DNA of 54,196 bases, counting the filler, from Candidatus Desantisbacteria bacterium CG1_02_49_89 (GTDB lineage: Bacteria; Desantisbacteria; UBA1551): NCBI GenBank assembly GCA_001871075.1. It is 5 parts of 5 records of this genome, joined end to end, with 100 filler letters (N's around TTAATTAATTAA, not from the genome) between each part and the next. Parts side by side here need not be neighbours in the genome. Positions count along the whole stretch, not along the records: positions 30,655 to 45,137 come from MNUP01000042.1; 4 more parts are not named here. One strand, written 5' to 3'. Under the pieces are notes generated by a model. It saw only the letters and a list, made by a program, of their open reading frames with translations, ran no database searches and was not told the origin of the DNA. This document shows positions 31,137-40,769 of this stretch, piece after piece. The translations under genes and the position numbers were made by a program. Positions within the stretch are counted from its first letter, which is position 1. Each line of letters opens with the position of its first letter.

Positions 31137-31256
31137 GTATCCTTAATTACCAAAGAACGCATTTTCACGCATTTTTCAGGTTTAGCCCTGATTAAATTAA
31201 TTACGTGATTTTTACAAAATTAATTATGGAAATACGGAAAATTAATAACTTATATT

Positions 31257-31919
31257 TTATAATTTCTTCTTTACCTCCTCACGCTGCTCCCTATCCATTT
31301 GTTGTTTTAATTTTTCTTCATATTTTTGCTTTTCATAAGCCAATTTCTTGCTATTGTAGGTCACAGAAATCCAACATTTCCCTTCATTAAATTTTTCATC
31401 GGGATTCCTAATATATACTTCTTTTTTAAATTGCATCGTTGTTGTATCTGAATACCACAAGCAAATTTTATCTTTAGAAAATCCTAAATCAGAAGCATAA
31501 TCATCATAAGGTTCACCATATTTTTCAATTAATAATTCCAAAATATATTGTGAGAAAGACTCAGCTCCTGTATTTTCATATCCTGTATAAAATTCATCTT
31601 CATAAAATATTCCTGCTGCCCAAAGTTTTCTTTTAAAAAATTGAAATTGAATTTCGATAGTCTCGCCTTTAATTTGATCTTTATAATATACTGTTAAATT
31701 TGAGGTATCATTTTTAGTATAAGATCCGTCTGGCAATTGATATTTTGAAATTTGATGTTCTTTTAATTTGATTTTCTTTTCTATTAAAATTCGTTTTACT
31801 TTCTCGGGACTCATACTCCACTTGGCACCTTGATAACCATCTTCAATAGTAACTGTTTCAGCAAAACAGATTTTTGTTAAAAACAAAATTAAAATAATAA
31901 CCCAAAAAAGTCTTTTCAT
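31257..31919 (-). CDS. AT-rich exported hypothetical protein
   Basis: Signal peptide MKRLFWVIILILFLTKICFA; GAKWSMS; GGAG RBS. Confidence 0.78.
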   Translation of the reverse strand: MKRLFWVIILILFLTKICFAETVTIEDGYQGAKWSMSPEKVKRILIEKKIKLKEHQISKYQLPDGSYTKNDTSNLTVYYKDQIKGETIEIQFQFFKRKLWAAGIFYEDEFYTGYENTGAESFSQYILELLIEKYGEPYDDYASDLGFSKDKICLWYSDTTTMQFKKEVYIRNPDEKFNEGKCWISVTYNSKKLAYEKQKYEEKLKQQMDREQREEVKKKL

Positions 31920-31937
31920 AAATTTCTCCAAAATAAT

Positions 31938-31978
31938 GGGATAGCGATCATTTTTTATTCCCTTTATTTTTCAATGGA
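31938..31978. repeat. ~41-bp inter-cassette repeat (copies 32291-32331 and a split copy at 33796-33898)
   Basis: GGGA(C/T)AGCGA(C/T)CATTTTT..TTCCCTTT.TTTTTCAATGGA. Confidence 0.8.
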
Positions 31979-32064
31979 AATTCAGGAAGCAAATCCATCT
32001 GTTATCTCCCTTTACAAAAGGGAGATTTTCGGGTGCGATAAATCATATCCCTAAAAGTTATTGG

Positions 32065-32304
32065 CTATGTTAATCTGTGGTTACTTTTTTCGACTTTCCA
32101 GTAGCCACCTTTGTCAGGACCGATGCGTTTTAACAAATCTGATTTCTGCAGAATATTCAGATTGTATTTAATGCCATCTTCTGTTATTCCCGCAAGCCTG
32201 GCGAGTTCCCGGCGGGTAATCCTTGGATTCTTTTTAATGAACTCAAGTATTTTCTGGGTAGTTTTCTGGGTAAAAATTAGGGTCAAATTAGGGACAGCGA
32301 CCAT
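32065..32304 (-). CDS. Orphan winged-HTH module of the AlbA_2/Fic C-terminal type
   Basis: TQKTTQKILEFIKKNPRITRRELA...RIGPDKGGYW. Confidence 0.7.
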   Translation of the reverse strand: MVAVPNLTLIFTQKTTQKILEFIKKNPRITRRELARLAGITEDGIKYNLNILQKSDLLKRIGPDKGGYWKVEKSNHRLT

Positions 32305-32323
32305 TTTTAATTCCCTTTGTTTT

Positions 32324-33754
32324 TCAATGGAGAAAGGGAACGTTTCCTTTCTTTACAGAATAATATTTTTGTTTTGGGCTTCTAAGTTTATCGGGTATTG
32401 TTGGATGGAGCAAACCTTGCTCAATCAGCGGTTTTAATATTTCTAAGCGAAAATGCTCCCTGTCTTTTAAGTTTAAAAATTTCTGGATCTCTTCTCTGTC
32501 CCGTGGTATTTGGCAAAACTCAAGTATTCTTTTTGTGCGCTCATCTTGCGGGGTAGCTTGCGGGGTAGCTTGCGGGGTAGCTTGCGGGGTAAGCATCAAA
32601 ACGAACTTAAAAACATCTTCTTCAAAAAGCTGGGGATCACGCCCGCAATATATCCTGCAATACTTAAAAAGATTCCTTACGCCTGATCCGAGCTCATCCG
32701 CTCTGCCAATTTCCCTGAATACACGCGCAATGGAAGGATTTTTGGGATAAGGTGAAAAATAAACGGGATCAATCAAGCCAAAACCGTGCGGTTTATTGCT
32801 GTTTTCGGTATATAGTTTTTCATGGTCAATAATAAATTTAGCAGGGAAAGCATTGATATATTCGCGGTGAATAAGAATATTGCTGATAACTTCGCGCAAA
32901 ATATGGCCGCGCAGACTTACACGCTGATCATTTTCCATATAAAAAGGATCGCTTAGGTGCTTTTCCCCAAAACTGAGAAGGCGGTCATAACTGTCAATAA
33001 GATTAGTGCGGATATCATCGCGATCATCATAGCGGTCCCTGTTCTCACGCCTTAATATGGCATCGGTTCTGAAGTGCGGCAAAACCGATAAAATTGTTTC
33101 ATCCTTTCCGAAAAGCAGTATTGCGGCAAGCGTAAAACCGTTTTTCCCTGTCTGAAAATCTTTTTTATACAGCTGAGCGCTTTTTAGCATGCCAAGATCG
33201 TCCATTGATTCCCAGGCATGATTTTCACGATGAATTGCCGCCTGTTTCCTGACACGCCCGATAATGTCCTGCCGCAGATCTGCAAGCTCCATATAAGGAA
33301 AAACCTGGTTTTCTGAATAGGTTGTCTGTTTTCTTAAGAAGAGTTCGGATACAAGATTATTGTTATCTGTAATGTCAAAGTCTCCGTCTTCATTGCGGTC
33401 ATAAATCCTTCCGCTGCACCGGTGAACCTGAGAGCTTTCAGGAACATATATATACAAAATCACTTTTCCGTCAATCGCAATTTCTTCTATCGACAGGTAA
33501 AATGCAGGGCTTATTTTTTGCGGATTGTTTACGGCAGTCACAAAATCCTTTTTTATTTGTTCGATATATTTTGGGTCAATCCCCGTGATTACGCCGTTGT
33601 CATTAACGCCAAGTAGAAGTTCCCCGCCTGATCTGTTTAAAAATGCGCATACGGTATCATAAATATCTTTGGCAAGAGATGCCTTGCATTCTTTAAATTC
33701 AACAGAGATCTTTTCGCCTTGTTTAATAATTTGTTTGATTTTCAATACCTGCAT
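32324..33754 (-). CDS. AlbA_2 (Schlafen-like) + HATPase_c_4 (RecG-C-like) + HTH protein
   Basis: GEKISVEFKE, AFLNRSGG, REVISNILIHREY, DELGSG, (TPQA)n linker at 32545-32590. Confidence 0.88.
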   Translation of the reverse strand: MQVLKIKQIIKQGEKISVEFKECKASLAKDIYDTVCAFLNRSGGELLLGVNDNGVITGIDPKYIEQIKKDFVTAVNNPQKISPAFYLSIEEIAIDGKVILYIYVPESSQVHRCSGRIYDRNEDGDFDITDNNNLVSELFLRKQTTYSENQVFPYMELADLRQDIIGRVRKQAAIHRENHAWESMDDLGMLKSAQLYKKDFQTGKNGFTLAAILLFGKDETILSVLPHFRTDAILRRENRDRYDDRDDIRTNLIDSYDRLLSFGEKHLSDPFYMENDQRVSLRGHILREVISNILIHREYINAFPAKFIIDHEKLYTENSNKPHGFGLIDPVYFSPYPKNPSIARVFREIGRADELGSGVRNLFKYCRIYCGRDPQLFEEDVFKFVLMLTPQATPQATPQATPQDERTKRILEFCQIPRDREEIQKFLNLKDREHFRLEILKPLIEQGLLHPTIPDKLRSPKQKYYSVKKGNVPFLH

Positions 33755-34129
33755 TTTCTACAACTCCCCGTTAAAGACTTTTTGTAATAAAAATAGGGAC
33801 AGACACCATTTTTTATTTTGACATTTCCACAACTTCACCAACGAAAAACAAGGTTCTGAGTGAAACGAAGGTTCTTATTTTCCTTATTTTTCAATGGAAT
33901 TCGAGATTGCTTCCCCCGACATAAAGTCGGGATCGCAATGACAGCCAAAATCCCTCTGCTGTCTCCCTTTACAAAGGGAGATTGTCGGGCTTGATAAATC
34001 AAACCCCTACATCTCAGGGCTGAAGCCCTGAGTTACATTTCGTGTTTTCGTCCGCAACGCCATCAGCTCAGCTCTGGCGCGCAGGCCCCTGCATTGAGCT
34101 GCGCAGCAGCTGCAGGGGGTAATCCGTGG

Positions 34130-35143
34130 CTAAATAATTTCTTTTATGGCCTTGACGATTTTTTCAGCTGAGGGAATGTAAAAATCTTCCATAGGCGGGG
34201 AATACGGGACCGGAATATCCGGTGCGCAGACCCGCTTGATAGGCGCGTCCAGGTAATCAAACGCCTTTTCAGCAACTGAAGCCGCTATCTCAGCCCCCCA
34301 CCCGCCCGTGTAATTGTCTTCGTGCACTATCAGGAGCCTTCCTGTCTTTTTAACCGAGTCCATAACGCATTCCCAGTCAAACGGGATCAGGGTCCGGGGA
34401 TCTATCACCTCTGCGCTTATGCCTTCTTTTTCCAGGACTGCGGCGGCGGCAAGTGATTCGTAAACCATCCGTAAGGTCGCGACAATGGTCACATCCTTAC
34501 CTTCTTTTTTGACTTCCGCTTTGCCGAACGGTATCAGGTATTCTTCGTCAGGGATCTCCTGTTCAACGTCCATCGCCCCTTCAACCTTCCTGGCGCCTTT
34601 TGCCCCGTATAATTTCTTGTGCTCAAAAACCATCACCGGGTTATCATCCCTTACGGCTGTTTTCAAAAGCCCTTTAGCGTCATAAGCTGTGCTTGGGCAG
34701 GCGATCTTGATCCCGGGCACATGGAAGAAATAGGATTCAATAGACTGGGCGTGCTGGGCTCCGCGCCGGGTCGCTCCCACAGGCACGCGCACCACCATCG
34801 GGAGTTTCACTTTTCCGCCTGACATATACCTGAGCTTTGACATGTTATTTACAAGCTGGTCCATGGCGCAGAAAGCGAAATCCCCGTACTCGAAATCAGC
34901 TATGGGCCTCATTCCTGCCATTGCCGCGCCTATGGCAATACCTATAAATCCTGACTCGGAAATCGGGGTGTCAAGTATCCGCTCATGGCCGAACTGGTCT
35001 GAAAGCCCTAAGGTAACTGTGAACGCGCCGCCGAACCCGCCTGTGATGCCGATGTCCTCGCCGATGCAAAAAACGCGCTCGTCGCGTACCATTTCTTCCC
35101 TTATCGCTTCCCTTAACGCTTCAGCAATAGACATCTTCTTCAT
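34130..35143 (-). CDS. 2-oxoacid/acetoin dehydrogenase E1 beta subunit
   Basis: GEDIG, DTPISE, AQHAQS, FEHKKLY, IDPRTL. Confidence 0.93.
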   Translation of the reverse strand: MKKMSIAEALREAIREEMVRDERVFCIGEDIGITGGFGGAFTVTLGLSDQFGHERILDTPISESGFIGIAIGAAMAGMRPIADFEYGDFAFCAMDQLVNNMSKLRYMSGGKVKLPMVVRVPVGATRRGAQHAQSIESYFFHVPGIKIACPSTAYDAKGLLKTAVRDDNPVMVFEHKKLYGAKGARKVEGAMDVEQEIPDEEYLIPFGKAEVKKEGKDVTIVATLRMVYESLAAAAVLEKEGISAEVIDPRTLIPFDWECVMDSVKKTGRLLIVHEDNYTGGWGAEIAASVAEKAFDYLDAPIKRVCAPDIPVPYSPPMEDFYIPSAEKIVKAIKEII

Positions 35144-35371
35144 AGTACTCCTGCGGATTCAGACGGATTAACTAATACGGATGCATACGGATAAAAACTT
35201 TTGCCACTGAGGGCACTGAGTTCACTGAGATTTTGCCTTATCTACTTATCAACTAATCGCAAGCCTAAAGGCTTGCCCTACGAAACATTTACACGGCGCC
35301 TGCCCGCCAATTTTGCTGGGCGGGACACGATTTAAAACTCATGACTCATGACACATGACACATGACTGCAT

Positions 35372-36334
35372 CTAGGCCCACAAATCCTCGAGCGCCTGCT
35401 CGGGGGCCGGAAGCGGGCTTGCTTTGGCGAATTCCGAGGCTTCGATCATTTCTTGTTCCGCTTTTTCCTTCATAGCTTTTATTCCATCCGCGGATAGAAG
35501 CTTTGCTTCTAAAAGCATGTTTTCCATTATTATCAACGGGTCTTTTTTAAGCCACTCCTCTTTTTCGCCCTTAGGCCGGTATGTGCACGCGTCCCCGCGG
35601 GAGTGCCCTCCGTGCCTGTAAGTATTGCAGACTAAAAGCGACGGACCTTTGCCTGCCCTTGCCTGCTCAACCGCCTCTTTAGCCGCGCTGTAAACAGCAA
35701 CAGCGTCGTTACCGTCAACTGTTCTGCCAGGCATTCCGTATGCATCAGCCCGCTTTGCTATATCCGTAATTTTAAAAGCTTTCTCAATATGCGTTGACGC
35801 GGCGTAAAGGTTGTTCTCACATATGTAAACAACAGGAAGGTTCCAAAGGGAAGCCATGTTCAGGGTCTCGTGGAAAACCCCCTCGTTGGTAGCTCCTTCG
35901 CCGAAGAAAGAGACCGCGACGCTGTTTTTCTTCTGGAATTTAAACGCCAGCGCCATTCCGGCGGCTACCGGTATCCCGCCTGCGACAATAGCGATCGCAG
36001 GCGGCATTCCAACGTCAATGTCACCCACGTGCATTGACCCGCCCTTGCCTTTGCAGCATCCGGTGGATTTACCGAATATCTCAGCCATCAAAGAACCGGA
36101 AGGCACGCCTTTCGCGATCGCGTGGCCGTGCGGCCTATGGGTGCTTGTGATAACATCATCCTTCCTGAGATTAGCGCACACGCCTGCCGCGACTGCCTCC
36201 TGGCCCTGGTAAAGATGGATCGTGCCCGGTATAAACCCGTCTATGAACAGGTAGTATATCTTATTCTCAAACTCCCTTATCCTGAGCATGCACTCGTAGA
36301 TCCCCAGTAGCTTGTCTCTTGGTATGTTTTCCAT
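35372..36334 (-). CDS. 2-oxoacid/acetoin dehydrogenase E1 alpha subunit
   Basis: HLYQGQEA, GKGGSMH, GEGATNEG...ENN, YRHGGHS. Confidence 0.93.
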   Translation of the reverse strand: MENIPRDKLLGIYECMLRIREFENKIYYLFIDGFIPGTIHLYQGQEAVAAGVCANLRKDDVITSTHRPHGHAIAKGVPSGSLMAEIFGKSTGCCKGKGGSMHVGDIDVGMPPAIAIVAGGIPVAAGMALAFKFQKKNSVAVSFFGEGATNEGVFHETLNMASLWNLPVVYICENNLYAASTHIEKAFKITDIAKRADAYGMPGRTVDGNDAVAVYSAAKEAVEQARAGKGPSLLVCNTYRHGGHSRGDACTYRPKGEKEEWLKKDPLIIMENMLLEAKLLSADGIKAMKEKAEQEMIEASEFAKASPLPAPEQALEDLWA

Positions 36335-36450
36335 AAGTTTACAGAGTTTACAAGTTTACATAGGTTACAAAGTTGATACAGAATAAATTGATTTTTAATT
36401 ATAGACTCTGTAAACTTTATAAACTTTGTAAACTGCCTTTATTACTTTGT

Positions 36451-37341
36451 TCAAGCTTGGCCGGCTGAGCCGTATTTTTTGATAAGTCCCTTCACGACAT
36501 CCTTAACCCTGTTCTTTGCCTTCGTGAAAACGTCTTCATCCTTGCGCGAACCGACAACCGCCTGGATATCAAGCTTGTCTATCTCCATACCGGACGTTCT
36601 TTTAATTATTTCATCAATATATGCCTTCTTCATCACCGTGCCCACGTTGAATTTCCTCACGCCAAACCTTATCGCGTCGGGGATCGCCTCGTCAGGAAAT
36701 CCCGTGCCGCCGTGGATCACAAACGGGACTTTGACCGCTTCGTGTATTTTTTTCAGTCTTTCGATGTCAACCTGCGCCTTGCCTTCCGTTAAAAGGTGCA
36801 CGTTGCCGATCGAGACCGAAAGCGCGTCCACACCTGTTCTTCTCACGAATTCTTCCGCCTGTCCGGGATCTGTAAGCTCAGCGCTGCTGTCTTCCTTGCC
36901 GCCTGCGGTCGGAAGCTTTCCAAGCTCTCCTTCAACCGCCGTGCCGTAGGCGTGCGCTGTCCTTACAGCCCTTCTTGTAACAGATATGTTCTTCTTGAAC
37001 TCAAGCCCGCTTGTATCCATCATAACAACGTTGAATCCCAGCCTCACGCCCCTTTCCATCTGCTCAAGGGTCTGTATCTCGTTAAGGATGTAGCACACCG
37101 GCACAAGGCTTTTGCGCGCGGCCGCCCTTCCTAAAACGGCAAGATAGTCGAGCCCCCTTCGGTCAAGCCATTCCTGGCTGACAACGGAACAGCCGAAACC
37201 AATTATAACAGGCGAATTGGTTTCCTCAGCTGCTTCCAGCACTGCCTCAAGGGAATTCAGGTTCCAGCTCTCGAAATACCCGACCGCGTAGCCTTTCCTG
37301 CCCGCGTCTTCCATCATTTCCTTAAAAGTTATCAAAGGCAC
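36451..37341 (-). CDS. Class II fructose/tagatose-bisphosphate aldolase family
   Basis: VMMDTS, VEGELG, SIGNVH, VIHGGTG, KFNVGT; GTG start with GGAGG. Confidence 0.88.
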   Translation of the reverse strand: MPLITFKEMMEDAGRKGYAVGYFESWNLNSLEAVLEAAEETNSPVIIGFGCSVVSQEWLDRRGLDYLAVLGRAAARKSLVPVCYILNEIQTLEQMERGVRLGFNVVMMDTSGLEFKKNISVTRRAVRTAHAYGTAVEGELGKLPTAGGKEDSSAELTDPGQAEEFVRRTGVDALSVSIGNVHLLTEGKAQVDIERLKKIHEAVKVPFVIHGGTGFPDEAIPDAIRFGVRKFNVGTVMKKAYIDEIIKRTSGMEIDKLDIQAVVGSRKDEDVFTKAKNRVKDVVKGLIKKYGSAGQA

Positions 37342-37478
37342 AATAACCCTCCAAAAAAAACCTTTAACCACGAATTTACACTAATTTCCACGGATTTCTA
37401 CTCTGTAAACTTTGTAAACTCTATAAACTATGTCGAAGATCCCCCCTGGGACTTTCGCAAGAAAGTAGGGGGGATAAA

Positions 37479-40400
37479 TTAGCTTAAACGGATGGTTTTG
37501 ATTTCATGCTTGCCGACGGAAATTTTAATTTTAGCAGGACTAAAGTCCTGCGTTACACCAGATATTTTGAGTTTCTTGCCTGCAAGCGGGCGTTCTATCA
37601 TATCGGTCTCAACAGCGTTCTTCATCTGCGACACATTCAGCGTGATCACGCCTTTTGTCGCTTTGCCGTGCGCCTCGTAGAATCGCAGTATCATCCCCTT
37701 GCCGTCCTCCGCCTTCTTAAACGCGCTGACAATAAGGTTCTTTGGTTCCACACTCACAAATGAGTGTGTCTCCGGCAGAACCTGTCGTGCGTCGTGCGTC
37801 GTTCGTCGTGCATCGTCAGACTTGTAAACTTGTAAACTTGTCAACTTGTCAACTGCAGTTACCAGAAGCGGCTGATTGAATTCCGCGGCACGGTTCACAG
37901 TGCCTGCGGAGCGCCAGTCACCCTTGTGCGGGTACATCGCGTAACCGAAATGGTGCTCCCCGACAGCTGAAACCGGGTCAGGCTCGTAACCGCTCCTGAT
38001 AAGCGTAAGCCTTAACACATTACCGATCGCGTCACAGCCGTACTTGCAGTTGTTCAGGATGCTTAAGCCCCTTTTTCCCGCCTCATCCTTTCCTGTAAGG
38101 TCCATCCATTTCTGCGAAGGCACTTCGTTACCTATTGTCGGGCGGTAAATATACCCGAACGGTATTTCAAAACAGGCTTCTGAGCTGTTCACGCTCACAG
38201 GGAACGCGACTTTAAGCATCGGCCCGTCTGTCTGGGGCGTTCCTTTTTCCTTCCAGTCTACGTCCGCGTAGAAATCCACGCGCGGGATATCCCTGTAAAG
38301 GACTATGTCCTGCCTAAAATCCGAATCCAGTATTTTCCTTTCCACGCTTATGACAACGCGCACCGGCCCTTTTTCCTTCAGCTCGACTTTCGCGTCAGAA
38401 AGCAGGTTGTCTATCCTGCCGATTGGGCCGACTATCCAGGCAGACATCCCGTGCGGCTTCTCGTAATGCACCTGCAGCAGGTTGCCAGGCTCGAAGAAAG
38501 TCGGAGCCTCAGCCCCGTATTTGAAAGACGGCACGCAGTCCATCCCGTTACTCTTGTCTATCAGGTTGTGCACGCCGCCAGAATTCTTCCTTATCCTCAG
38601 CGTGTAGAACCTGTTCTCCGCGGTTATGAAATTCGGGTCCTCGCTGAATTTGATATCGTCAGCTTCCGGATCTTGCGCGCATTTACTCTTCTGGCAGACG
38701 TAATACGTGCGAAATCCCATCGCTGGCACGGTCGCGGCGAATATAAGGCAGTCCCCGCTCAGCTGTGTCGGGACGCAATTGCCTTTATCATCGCAGATGT
38801 TCGCGTCCCTGCGGTTCTCGACCTTGACCATCGCTATGTCAGTGCGCTCCCAGGAATGCGGGTTAAAAACAACGACCGGCTTTCCCTTTCCCTTGTAATC
38901 TATCTTAGACGCGATCACCTGCATAGCTGAATCCATAGCGCTCTTTCCAATAGACGCAACTTCGGTGAAAAATTCCTTCGCGTGATGGTCGCCGTCCCCG
39001 TATGAAGGATGTATGGCGCACCCGCAGTAAATGTCGTGGAACTGGCTGAACAGCGTGTTGTGCCACGCCTTATCCATCTTTTCAGCCGGATACTCGCCTC
39101 CCAGGGTATTCGACATCAAGCTGAGCGATTCAGCGGCCGGAAGCAGGTTCTCGCTTGTCCTGTTATACAGCTTGATATCCCCGTGGTTCGAATAGCACCC
39201 CTCGAAAGTGAAGTTCAACTCCCTGCGGCACACCGGATAATTCTTTTTGTCCTTGAGCGCGCCCTTGTAATAGCTTTCAGCTGAATCAAATATCACAGCG
39301 GGGAATTGTTTCACCTGCTGCAGCTTTTTAGCCCTTTTAACGTCCCGCCTGGTCGGCCCGCCGCCGTGGTCGCCGATCCCGTAAACCACCTGGTAATGGT
39401 TAATGCCGATCCTTTTCTTATGGTTTATCATCCAGCTGGCCATGTCAGGCCTTATCGCCATGTTGTAGGATTCACCGCTTACAAGCGCGAGGATACGGGT
39501 GCCGTCAGGAGATTCCCACCAGAAAAGCGGTCCTTCCTTCTGGGGCCTGCACCTGTGCCCGTAATAGAAATCAATGCCGCTCTTTTTCAGTATCTGGGGG
39601 TATGTCCACGGATGGCCGAACGTGTCCGGGCACCAGCAGACCTTCGGCTCAAGCCCGAATTTTTCCATCACGTATTTCTTCGCGTAGAGCGTCTGGCGCA
39701 CCAAAGCTTCTCCGCCCGCGGTATTCAGGTCGCCCTCAACCCAGGTGGAAGCTGTCACGTCCCATTTTCCCTGCTTCACCCTCTTTTTGATCTTATCGTA
39801 CAATTCCGGCAGGTTCTCCTCAACGCCGTCATAAAGCCCTGCCTGGCTCTGCGAGAATTTAAAATCCGGCACCTCATCCATAATGCTGTCAACGGTCTTG
39901 AAAGTTCCGCGCGCCGTATTCAAAGTGGCAGGCCAGGTCCACAGCCAGTTCATATCAATGTGCGCGTGGCCCACAAGGTGGATCTTCAGCTTTTTAGCTT
40001 CGCCTGAGATCCCTGAAAGCGCTTCCTGGGCTTTTTCAAGCGACGGAACAAGCTGTTCAGCGTTCTTGGCATCCAGGGCTTTTATATCAACAAGCGAAAC
40101 TGCCTTATTAAGCATTTCCGCGTATTTCTTTCCCTTCCATTCCGAAAGAGCGGCAGCAAGCCGCATCACGTTGAGCGCGACCTCCATCCTGAAGATCCTG
40201 TCCTCGACCTTTTCGAAGAACAATCTCGTGCCGTAATAAAGACTGCCCCATCCGGGCGCCTTAAGGGTCCTGATGACTATGGTAAGTTCTTCTGCTTTAG
40301 TTATTTTTTCAACAACCGGGAATATCACGTCGATAAGCCAGTCTGTTTTCGCGGCGCTCTTGCCGTTCACGAAAACTTCGGCGCCGTTGGGCGAATAAAA

Positions 40401-40661
40401 ATTCCCGTTCACCTGCGAGCCTTTCAAATCGATGCCGAACATCTCAACAGGTATCTGCCTTTTGATGCGGAAGCACGCCACTGTCGTAGGCGTATCCCAC
40501 CACTTTCCGCCGTAATTCGGCCAGGCAGAATCATCAAAACCCTTCTGCTCAGCGCCGTCTTCCGGATTTTCCTTGTATTTCCACGCCCCAAGCCCCTGCG
40601 CTCCCCTTATCTCGTTGATGAGACCTGCTAACTTCTGCTCTACCTCTTGCCACTTGTCCAT
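37479..40661 (-). CDS. GH38 alpha-mannosidase
   Basis: HAHIDMNWLW, WCPDTFGH, GIGDHGGGP, QFHDI; ATG 40661 with AAGGAG; carries in-frame repeat inserts. Confidence 0.92.
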   Translation of the reverse strand: MDKWQEVEQKLAGLINEIRGAQGLGAWKYKENPEDGAEQKGFDDSAWPNYGGKWWDTPTTVACFRIKRQIPVEMFGIDLKGSQVNGNFYSPNGAEVFVNGKSAAKTDWLIDVIFPVVEKITKAEELTIVIRTLKAPGWGSLYYGTRLFFEKVEDRIFRMEVALNVMRLAAALSEWKGKKYAEMLNKAVSLVDIKALDAKNAEQLVPSLEKAQEALSGISGEAKKLKIHLVGHAHIDMNWLWTWPATLNTARGTFKTVDSIMDEVPDFKFSQSQAGLYDGVEENLPELYDKIKKRVKQGKWDVTASTWVEGDLNTAGGEALVRQTLYAKKYVMEKFGLEPKVCWCPDTFGHPWTYPQILKKSGIDFYYGHRCRPQKEGPLFWWESPDGTRILALVSGESYNMAIRPDMASWMINHKKRIGINHYQVVYGIGDHGGGPTRRDVKRAKKLQQVKQFPAVIFDSAESYYKGALKDKKNYPVCRRELNFTFEGCYSNHGDIKLYNRTSENLLPAAESLSLMSNTLGGEYPAEKMDKAWHNTLFSQFHDIYCGCAIHPSYGDGDHHAKEFFTEVASIGKSAMDSAMQVIASKIDYKGKGKPVVVFNPHSWERTDIAMVKVENRRDANICDDKGNCVPTQLSGDCLIFAATVPAMGFRTYYVCQKSKCAQDPEADDIKFSEDPNFITAENRFYTLRIRKNSGGVHNLIDKSNGMDCVPSFKYGAEAPTFFEPGNLLQVHYEKPHGMSAWIVGPIGRIDNLLSDAKVELKEKGPVRVVISVERKILDSDFRQDIVLYRDIPRVDFYADVDWKEKGTPQTDGPMLKVAFPVSVNSSEACFEIPFGYIYRPTIGNEVPSQKWMDLTGKDEAGKRGLSILNNCKYGCDAIGNVLRLTLIRSGYEPDPVSAVGEHHFGYAMYPHKGDWRSAGTVNRAAEFNQPLLVTAVDKLTSLQVYKSDDARRTTHDARQVLPETHSFVSVEPKNLIVSAFKKAEDGKGMILRFYEAHGKATKGVITLNVSQMKNAVETDMIERPLAGKKLKISGVTQDFSPAKIKISVGKHEIKTIRLS

Positions 40662-40769
40662 GATTTTGTTTCTCTCCTTTCTTGTTTTTTTATGATTACA
40701 GTAACTCAAACCTTCAGGTTTGATGTCAGGGCTAAAGCCCTGAGTTACCAAAACTGTGTTCACCTGTGG

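Larger units (their letters stand above)
30756..31180 (-). mobile_element. 425-bp internally deleted IS1380-like element (MITE)
   Basis: Perfect 19-bp TIRs CCTGAAAAATGCGTGAAAA (30756-30774, 31162-31180); TTTA duplicated at 30752-30755 and 31181-31184. Confidence 0.85.

Noticed and set aside
30756..31180. Invertible promoter switch
   Set aside because: The direct TTTA duplication and transposase stub fit an IS derivative better, and no recombinase is nearby
32545..32590. 12-bp tandem repeats encoding TPQA (and TPQV at 42867-42904)
   Set aside because: Tetrapeptide linkers are common in AlbA_2/Fic-HTH proteins and are not novel by themselves
31938..34011. Classical integron cassette array
   Set aside because: No IntI gene and no clear RYYYAAC...GTTRRRY attC structure; kept only as a repeat-delimited array
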